Of a stretch of DNA of 64,000 bases, positions 56,246 to 64,000 are shown piece after piece. The stretch is taken from assembly GCA_048500275.1 (NCBI GenBank), contig JASNYI010000002.1, positions 347,936-411,935 on the forward strand. The letters run 5' to 3'. Position numbers and translations under genes: made by a program. The stretch comes from Thermoanaerobaculia bacterium (GTDB taxonomy: Bacteria > Acidobacteriota > Thermoanaerobaculia > UBA5066). The notes below the pieces were generated by a model, which had not been told where the DNA came from, searched no databases, and saw nothing but the letters and a program-made list of their open reading frames with translations. Positions within the stretch are counted from its first letter, which is position 1, and the number at the start of each line of letters is the position of its first letter.

Positions 56246-57433
56246 CTACTCGGAAGGGGGGTTGTAGGAGGGGATTCCCGTGACGGCCTGCCCGATGACG
56301 AGGGTGTGGATGTCGTGGGTCCCCTCGTAGGTGAAGACCGACTCGATGTTGGCGAGGTGCCGGAAGACCGGGTACTCGCCGACGATCCCGTTGGCGCCGA
56401 GGATCTCGCGGGCGAGCTTCGCGCATTCCCGCGCGACCCAGACGTTGTTCCTCTTCGCCATCGAGACGTGCTCGGGCTTCATCGTCCCGGCGTCCTTCAT
56501 CCGGCCGAGCTGGAGGGCGAGGAGCTGCCCCTTCGTGATCTCGGTGATCATGAAGGCCAGCTTCTCCTGGACCATCTGGTGGGCCGCGATCGGCCGGTCC
56601 ATGAACTGCTTGCGGCTCTTGGCGTAGTCGAGCGCGCAGGTGTAGGTCGCCATGGCCGAGCCGATGCCGCCCCAGGAGATCCCGTAACGTGCCTGCGTGA
56701 GGCAGGAGAGGGGTCCCTTCAGCCCGTCGACGCCGGGGAGGACGTTCTCGGCCGGGATCCGGCAGTCCTCGAACGCGAGCTGGCCGGTGACGGAGGCCCG
56801 CAGAGACATCTTCATCCGGTGCTCGGAGGTCGTGAAGCCGGGCGTCCCCTTCTCGACGAGGAACCCCCGGATCCGGCCGTCATACCCCCCGTCCTTCGCC
56901 CAGACGACGGCGACGTCGGCGATCGTCCCGTTCGTGATCCACGCCTTGGCGCCGTTCAGGACCCAGGAGTCCCCGTCCTTCTTCGCCACGGTGCGCATCC
57001 CGCCCGGGTTCGACCCGAAGTCGGGCTCGGTCAGGCCGAAGCAGCCGATCGCCTCGCCCTTTGCCAGCGCCGGGATCCACCGGTCCTTCTGTTCCTTCGA
57101 GCCGTACTTCCAGATCGGGAACATGACGAGGGAGGACTGCACCGACGCGAAGGACCGGAGTCCCGAGTCACCCCGCTCGAGCTCCTGGGTGATGAGCCCG
57201 TACGCGACGTTCGAGAGGCCAGGGAGCCCGTAGTCGGGGATCGTGGGCCCGAAGAGGTTCATCGCGGCCATCTTCGGGACGAGCTCGGCCGGGAAGCGCC
57301 CTTCGTACGCGCACTCTTCGATGATCGGCAGGACCTCGTTGTCGACGAAGTCGCGGACGAGGTCGCGGACGGCCACTTCCTCGTCGGAGAGGAGCCCGTC
57401 CAGCTGGAAGAAATCGACGCCCTGGAATGCCAC
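56246..57433 (-). CDS. gcdH: Glutaryl-CoA dehydrogenase-like acyl-CoA dehydrogenase
   Basis: AFQGVDFFQLD start motif typical of GCDH, ACAD signatures. The GTG start has AGGAGG 6 nt upstream; the upstream extension of the parent ORF is rejected. Confidence 0.85.
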   Translation of the reverse strand: MAFQGVDFFQLDGLLSDEEVAVRDLVRDFVDNEVLPIIEECAYEGRFPAELVPKMAAMNLFGPTIPDYGLPGLSNVAYGLITQELERGDSGLRSFASVQSSLVMFPIWKYGSKEQKDRWIPALAKGEAIGCFGLTEPDFGSNPGGMRTVAKKDGDSWVLNGAKAWITNGTIADVAVVWAKDGGYDGRIRGFLVEKGTPGFTTSEHRMKMSLRASVTGQLAFEDCRIPAENVLPGVDGLKGPLSCLTQARYGISWGGIGSAMATYTCALDYAKSRKQFMDRPIAAHQMVQEKLAFMITEITKGQLLALQLGRMKDAGTMKPEHVSMAKRNNVWVARECAKLAREILGANGIVGEYPVFRHLANIESVFTYEGTHDIHTLVIGQAVTGIPSYNPPSE

Positions 57434-57538
57434 GAGTTGCCTCCTCAGGCGCACGACGGCCGGCAGCCGCGCGCGGACGGGGGAATCTAGCATGCGGGCG
57501 TTGACGGGCCGGCCGGCCCGGGAGCATTCTGGCGCCCC

Positions 57539-57793
57539 ATGGCCAATCCCGCCTGGAAGGTCGCGTCGGACCTCACCGAGGGGTACCTCACGCTCAACAG
57601 CGTGATGCTGAAGAAGTACGAGCCGCACGAGCTCGTCGCGCTCCAGACCGAGCTCGACCGGGCCGCCCGCGAGATCCGGGGCACGGTCGTCCCGCAGGAC
57701 GACCTCGAGGCGAGCCAGAAGAAGAACCGCAAGCTCCTCCGGATCTCCCAGGCGATGACCGTTCTCAACGCGAGCCGGACGCGGGGACGGTAG
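57539..57793 (+). CDS. Small hypothetical protein (84 aa)
   Basis: Strong GC3 periodicity and balanced (not Arg-biased) composition in an otherwise gene-free 400-nt spacer. Confidence 0.5.
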   Translation: MANPAWKVASDLTEGYLTLNSVMLKKYEPHELVALQTELDRAAREIRGTVVPQDDLEASQKKNRKLLRISQAMTVLNASRTRGR

Positions 57794-57836
57794 CCTCCCC
57801 GGCGGAGCCGTCCGCCGCCTGCTAAATTCGGCCCCT

Positions 57837-59140
<1,304 letters not shown>

Positions 59141-59144
<4 letters not shown>

Positions 59145-61198
59145 GCGAGCTCCCGAAGGTCCGGGCGGCGCTCGACCGGATCGACGCGGCCCTCCTCGAC
59201 CTCCTCGCGGAGCGGTCGGCCGTCGTGGACGAGGTGGCGGCGCTCAAGAGCCGCGAGCAGGGGCTCCTCCTCAGGGACCTCGAGCGCGAGCGCGACCTCC
59301 TCTCCCGGGTGGGGAAGGAAGCGCAGAAGAGGGGCCTCAACGCCTTCCACGTCGTCCGGATCTTCCGCGACGTCGTCGAGGCCTCCGTGCGGCAGCAGGA
59401 GAGCCGGCTGACCCGTACGGCGAACGAGGAGGAGGCCGAGCCGGCCCTCCTCCGGGTCGCGTTCCAGGGGAGCGAGGGGGCCTACAGCCACCTGGCGGGG
59501 CGCAGGTTCTTCGCCGACCGGGCCGAGGAGCCGATCTTCGTCGGCTACCGCTCGTTCCGGCAGGCGGTCGAGGCGGTGGAGCGCGAGGAGTGCGAGTTCG
59601 GCATCCTCCCGCTCGAGAACTCCGTCGCCGGGAGCATCAACGAGACCTACGCCCTCCTCGGCGTCTCGAAGCTCTCCATCGTGGGGGAGGAGGTCTGGCC
59701 GGTCGAGCACTGCCTCCTCGGGCTCGGGAAGGCCCCGCTCGCCCGGCTCCGGCGGATCTACTCGCACCCCCAGGCCCTGATGCAGTGCTCGGAGTTCCTC
59801 GAGAGCCTCCCCGGCGCCACGGCCGAGAGCTTCTTCGACACGGCCGGGGCCGTCCAGAAGGTGAAGGAGCTCGGGAGCGAGGAGAACGCCGCCATCGCCT
59901 CGGCCGAGGCGGGGGAGCTTCACGGCCTCGTCGTCCTCCGGCGCGCCATCGCGAACCAGCGCAGCAACCAGACCCGCTTCGTCGTCGTCCACAAGCGGCC
60001 GTTCCGGTTCGACCCGAGGATCCCCTGCCGGACCTCGCTCCTCCTCGTCACCGACCACCGGGAGGGGGCCCTCGAAAGGTGCCTCGCCGAGCTCGCGAGG
60101 GCCGGCATCAACATGACGAAGCTCGAGAGCCGGTCGATGCCGGCGACGCCCTGGGAGTACCAGTTCTACGTCGACATCGAGGGGAACGTCGAGGAGGCGC
60201 GCGTCGTGGCGGCGCTCGAGGGGATCGGCCGGAACGCCCGGTACCTGCGCGTCCTCGGCTGCTACCCGAGGAAGGCGGACCCCTCCCGCGACGTGCCGAA
60301 GGACGTCGACCTGCTGCCGGAATCGCCGGGACCGGCGCCGGACCCGGCGGGGACCCCCGTGCCGGCAGAGAGCGGAATCGCCTACCCGCTCACCGCCCGG
60401 CGGTCCGCGGAACCCGAGGCGAGGACGCACGTCAAGGTCGGCGACATCGTCTTCGGCGACGGGTTCGTCGTCGTCGCGGGCCCCTGCGCGGTCGAGAGCG
60501 AGGAGCAGGTCTTCGAGGCGGCGCGGATCGTCCGGGAGGGGGGCGGGCGCGTCCTGCGCGGAGGGGTCTTCAAGCCCCGCACGAGCCCGTACTCGTTCCA
60601 GGGCCTCGGATTCGCCGGCCTCGACATCCTCTGCCGGGCGGGCCTCGAGTACCAGCTCCCGGTCGTCACCGAGGTCGTCGCCCCGGAGGACGTCGAGCGG
60701 GTCGCCGAGTTCGCGGACATGCTCCAGGTCGGCGCGCGCAACATGCAGAACTTCGCCCTGCTGAAGGCGGTCGGCCAGAGCTCGAGACCCGTCCTCCTGA
60801 AGCGGGGGATGATGTCGTCCGTGGAGGAGCTCCTGCTCGCGGCCGAGTACGTCCTCTCGGCGGGGAACCGCTCCGTCGTCCTCTGCGAGAGGGGCATCCG
60901 GACGTTCGAGACCTCGACGAGGAACACGCTCGACCTCGGCGCGGTGCAGGCGATCAAGGCGAAGTCCCACCTGCCCGTCATCGTCGACCCGTCCCACGCG
61001 ATGGGCGTGACCGCGTTCGTGGCGCCGATGGCCCGGGCCGCGCTCGCCGCCGGGGCCGACGGCGTGATCGTCGAGGTCCACCCGCGGCCCGAGGAGGCGC
61101 TCTGCGACGGGCCGCAGGCGCTCACGCCGGCGCTCTTCGGGGCGATGATGGGAGACCTCCGCCGGATGGCGCAGGCTCTGGGGGTCCGGATATGGTGA
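59141..61198 (+). CDS. Four-domain fusion: chorismate mutase, prephenate dehydratase, ACT domain and type I-beta DAHP synthase
   Basis: N-terminal AroQ CM helix bundle. PDT core (ESRP-like TRF motif, [14 protein letters not shown]). C-terminal 3-deoxy-7-phosphoheptulonate synthase ([16 protein letters not shown]). The GTG start overlaps the asnS stop. Confidence 0.8.
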
Positions 61199-61947
61199 AG
61201 ACGGAGCGGGAAGAGAAGGAAGGCCTGCAGACCGCCACGGAGCCCGATCCGATGCGCGAGACGGTGGCCCGCATCTTCGACTCGACCGGAGAGGCGTACG
61301 ACGGGATCGTCGACAGGGCGACGGCCGGCGAGGACTTCCGCTGGAAGTGCCGGATGCTCGAGCTCCTTCCCCCGCCGCGCCGGGTCCTCGACCTGGCCTG
61401 CGGGACGGGGATCCTGACGGGCCTCATCCTCGAGCGCTTCCCGGCCTGCCGGGTGGTCGGCGTGGACGTGACGGAGGAGTACCTCGCCGTCTCCCGCAGG
61501 AGAGCCTCCGAGCGCGCCGACGGCCGGGTCGAGCTGCTTCTCGGGCGGGCCGAGGACGCCCCGTGGGGCGACAGGACCTTCGACGCCGCCGTCTCCTGCT
61601 ACCTCCCGAAGTACGCCGACCGGCCGCGCCTCGTCGCGGCCCTCGGCCGCGCGCTCGAGCCGGGAGGGACTCTCCTGCTCCACGATTTCACGCTTCCCTC
61701 GTCCCCCGCGGTCCGCCAGGTCTGGGAGAAGCGCTGGGCCGGCCTGCGCGACGAGGCCGCGCGCCACCTTCCCGGCGCGGTCGCGATGATGGAGCTGGCG
61801 CCGCGGGTGGTTGCCGAGGAGCCGTGGGTGGACGACCTCCTGGCTCTCCTGCCGGTCGCCGGCTTCGAGGAGGTCGGGGTGGAGCGTCTTTCCATGGGGA
61901 CGGCCGCCATCGTGAAGGCCCGTCGCGCGTCCGGGCCCCGCCGATGA
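61192..61947 (+). CDS. Class I SAM-dependent methyltransferase (UbiE/COQ5-like)
   Basis: Motif I LDLACGTGILT. The start overlaps the upstream stop (ATGGTGA). Confidence 0.7.
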   Translation: MVKTEREEKEGLQTATEPDPMRETVARIFDSTGEAYDGIVDRATAGEDFRWKCRMLELLPPPRRVLDLACGTGILTGLILERFPACRVVGVDVTEEYLAVSRRRASERADGRVELLLGRAEDAPWGDRTFDAAVSCYLPKYADRPRLVAALGRALEPGGTLLLHDFTLPSSPAVRQVWEKRWAGLRDEAARHLPGAVAMMELAPRVVAEEPWVDDLLALLPVAGFEEVGVERLSMGTAAIVKARRASGPRR

Positions 61948-62020
61948 GGCCCGGTCGCAGCGAAGGCTATAATCAAGGATTCGCGCCGCGGCCCGCCGGG
62001 GCCGCCCGAGGAATCCGCGA

Positions 62021-63373
62021 ATGCCCGTGAAGCTCCCCTCCGTAGGAATCGTCTCGCTCGGCTGCCCGAAGAACCTCGTCGACACCGAGGTGATGCTCGG
62101 CTACCTCGAGCGCGAGGGGCTGGCCCTCGGCGACCCGGAGTCGTCCCGGGTCGTCATCGTCAACACCTGCGGCTTCATCGACCAGGCCAAGGAGGAGTCG
62201 GTGAACGCCGTCCTCGAGCAGGTGCGGCGCAAGGAGGCGGGGGAGGTCGACCGCGTCGTCGTCGCGGGGTGCATGGTCCAGAAGTACGGCGCGGAGCTGG
62301 CGGCGGAGATCCCCGAGGTGGACCACTTCCTCGGCCTCGACGACCTCGAGAAGGCCCCGGCCGCGGCGCTCGGCCTTCCGTCGCTGCCGCGATTCACGGC
62401 CAAGCCGCTCGCCACTCGCCTCTACGACGACCTCGCGCCGCGGGTCCTGACGGGCCGCCGCGGCTACGCCTACCTGAAGGTGGCCGAGGGGTGCAACAAC
62501 CCCTGCACCTTCTGCACGATCCCGCAGATGCGGGGCCTCCAGCGCTCCCGGAGCGTCGACTCGCTCGTCCGCGAGGCGCGGTCGCTCGAGGCGCAGGGTG
62601 TCGTCGAGCTCGTCCTCATCTCGCAGGACACGACCCGCTACGGCGAGGACGTCGGGCTGGGCCGCGAGGGGCTCGCGACGCTCGTGAAGGCCCTCGTCGC
62701 CGGTACCGGGTTCCCGTGGATCCGGTTCCTCTACGCCTACCCGAAGACCCTGCACGACTCGGTCCTGCGGCTCATGGCCGAGGAGCCGCGCTTCGTGCCG
62801 TACGTCGACATCCCCCTCCAGCACGTCTCGCGCGGGGTCCTCGCGGCGATGCGCCGCGGGGGCGACCCGGGGACGTACGCCCGGATGTTCGCCGGGATGC
62901 GAGAGACGGTTCCCGGCATCGCGCTGAGGTCGACGTTCATCGTCGGCTTCCCCTCCGAGACGGACGCCGACTTCGACGAGCTCCTCTCTTTCGTGAAGGA
63001 GGTCGAGCTCGACCACCTGGGCGTCTTTCCCTACTCGCCGGAACCCGGCTCGGGGGCGGAAGCGCTGGGCGACCCGGTCCCGGCCGAGGTGAAGAGCGAG
63101 CGCTGCGCCGCCGTGATGGAGGCGCAGCGCGGGATCTCCCGGCGGAAGAACCGGGCGCTGAAGGGGAAGGTCCACGAAGCGATCCTCGAAGGCGTCTCGA
63201 CCGAGTCGGAGCTCCTCCTCGAGGGACGGCTGAGGCGGCAGGCTCCGGAGATCGACGGGAAGCTCCTCGTCAACGACGTCCCGGAGGGATTCGTGCCGCG
63301 TCCCGGCGCCGTCGTGAAGGTCCGCGTGACCGAGGCGCACGACTACGACCTCGTGGGGCGCGTCGTCGCCTGA
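62021..63373 (+). CDS. rimO: Ribosomal protein S12 methylthiotransferase
   Basis: MTTase N-domain, radical-SAM CNNPCTFC, TRAM domain. Confidence 0.85.
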   Translation: MPVKLPSVGIVSLGCPKNLVDTEVMLGYLEREGLALGDPESSRVVIVNTCGFIDQAKEESVNAVLEQVRRKEAGEVDRVVVAGCMVQKYGAELAAEIPEVDHFLGLDDLEKAPAAALGLPSLPRFTAKPLATRLYDDLAPRVLTGRRGYAYLKVAEGCNNPCTFCTIPQMRGLQRSRSVDSLVREARSLEAQGVVELVLISQDTTRYGEDVGLGREGLATLVKALVAGTGFPWIRFLYAYPKTLHDSVLRLMAEEPRFVPYVDIPLQHVSRGVLAAMRRGGDPGTYARMFAGMRETVPGIALRSTFIVGFPSETDADFDELLSFVKEVELDHLGVFPYSPEPGSGAEALGDPVPAEVKSERCAAVMEAQRGISRRKNRALKGKVHEAILEGVSTESELLLEGRLRRQAPEIDGKLLVNDVPEGFVPRPGAVVKVRVTEAHDYDLVGRVVA

Positions 63374-63386
63374 GCCCGCGCCTGCC

Positions 63387-64000
63387 GTGAACGTCTTCGT
63401 CGACCCCTTCCGACGCTCGGACCTCCCGCGGGGGGGCGTGGTGACGATCGGGAACTTCGACGGCGTACACCTCGGGCACCAGGGGATGCTCCGCCGCGTC
63501 GTCGACAGGGCGCGGGCGCTCGACGCGCCCTCGGTCGTCCTGACGTTCGACCCTCACCCGACGAAGGTCCTCCACCCCCAGCGGGCGCCGAAGCTGATCC
63601 AGACCCTGCGCCAGCGCGAGGAGGCGATCGCCGCGCTCGGCGTCGACGCCCTCGTGGTCGTCCCGTTCACCCGGGAGTTCGCGGCGATGCCCGCCGAGGA
63701 GTTCGTCGCCGACCTCCTCGGGCGCTGCCTCGGCGCACGGGAGGTGCACGTCGGGTCCGCCTTCGCGTTCGGCTGCGGCAAGCGCGGGAACGTGGCGCTG
63801 CTCTCCCGCCTCGGCGACGAGGCCGGGATTCGCGTGGAGCCGCTCGACGTCGTCGCCGAGGGGGGTGAGCCCGTCTCGTCGACGAGGGTGAGGACGCTGC
63901 TGCAGGAAGGGGACGTCTCCGGGGCCCGGAGGCTCCTCGGTCGTCCGTTCGCGATGGACGGAGTCATCGCGAAGGGGGACCGGATGGGGAGGAAGATCGG
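63387..64000 (+). CDS. ribF: Bifunctional riboflavin kinase/FMN adenylyltransferase; 3' end lies outside the window
   Basis: IGNFDGVHLGHQ nucleotidyltransferase motif. No stop codon before the window end. Confidence 0.8.
   Translation, partial: MNVFVDPFRRSDLPRGGVVTIGNFDGVHLGHQGMLRRVVDRARALDAPSVVLTFDPHPTKVLHPQRAPKLIQTLRQREEAIAALGVDALVVVPFTREFAAMPAEEFVADLLGRCLGAREVHVGSAFAFGCGKRGNVALLSRLGDEAGIRVEPLDVVAEGGEPVSSTRVRTLLQEGDVSGARRLLGRPFAMDGVIAKGDRMGRKI

Noticed and set aside
53907-56267. 786-aa plus-strand ORF
   Set aside because: Antisense to the GGDEF and DUF4388 genes; Arg/Gly/Asp-rich artefact.

Overview
This 64 kb window looks like a chromosomal segment from a high-GC (about 70%) bacterium. 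The gene content suggests a Myxococcota- or Acidobacteriota-like lineage: hydrogenase, many sigma-54 and Ser/Thr-kinase signalling genes, and secreted proteases. I support about 55 coding regions and several regulatory sites from the sequence. Most spurious six-frame ORFs are Arg/Pro-rich alternate-frame or antisense artefacts, which is typical for this GC content. I found no rRNA, tRNA, CRISPR array, transposase or integrase.

Content in order:
- 1-3394: a Hyb-type [NiFe] uptake-hydrogenase segment (membrane cytochrome b, large subunit, maturation protease, small membrane protein).
- 3420-5387: a Rieske protein plus an SDR-fusion gene pair.
- 5529-8449: a WD40 protein with a Ser/Thr kinase.
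- 8660-8917: a stand-alone Nif11/NHLP-leader-like small protein.
- 9144-12211: a lipoprotein, alanine dehydrogenase and a CoA-transferase.
- 12284-21357: a long minus-strand block with a DevBCA/MacAB-like tripartite ABC exporter, two tandem paralogous M43 (pappalysin/ulilysin-type) secreted metalloproteases, a GT4 glycosyltransferase, lpd and a CpxP/Spy-like periplasmic protein.
- 21547-22185: a secreted hypothetical protein behind a sigma-54-like element.
- 22226-27315: an ABC-2 exporter behind a 1016-aa kexin-like S8 protease.
- 27413-29448: lpxH-like and aroA, translationally coupled.
- 29476-35591: a 1313-aa sigma-54 enhancer-binding protein followed by a TMTC/PMT-like membrane-TPR protein.
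- 35642-41627: a six-gene overlapped operon (flippase-like/nrdR/hsp20/lon/thiL/DUF2062).
- 41663-49060: an HDAC-like deacetylase, a secreted four-repeat protein, two coupled SAM methyltransferases, and an XPD/DinG-family Fe-S helicase carrying an N-terminal PD-(D/E)xK nuclease-like domain.
- 49099-56156: dacB and a signalling cluster (PP2C phosphatase, GGDEF, DUF4388).
- 56246-64000: gcdH, a small ORF, asnS, a four-domain CM-PDT-ACT-DAHPS fusion, a methyltransferase, rimO and ribF.

The most interesting candidate is an apparently sigma-54-wired secreted-protease and exporter module. Each tandem M43 protease has its own sigma-54-like element, TTG start, strong Shine-Dalgarno site and terminator. 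A similar element sits in front of a neighbouring secreted protein, and an unusual sigma-54 activator lies in the same window. The helicase-nuclease fusion and the aromatic-pathway fusion are the other main candidates. All functional calls rest on motif recognition by eye; no database search was possible.
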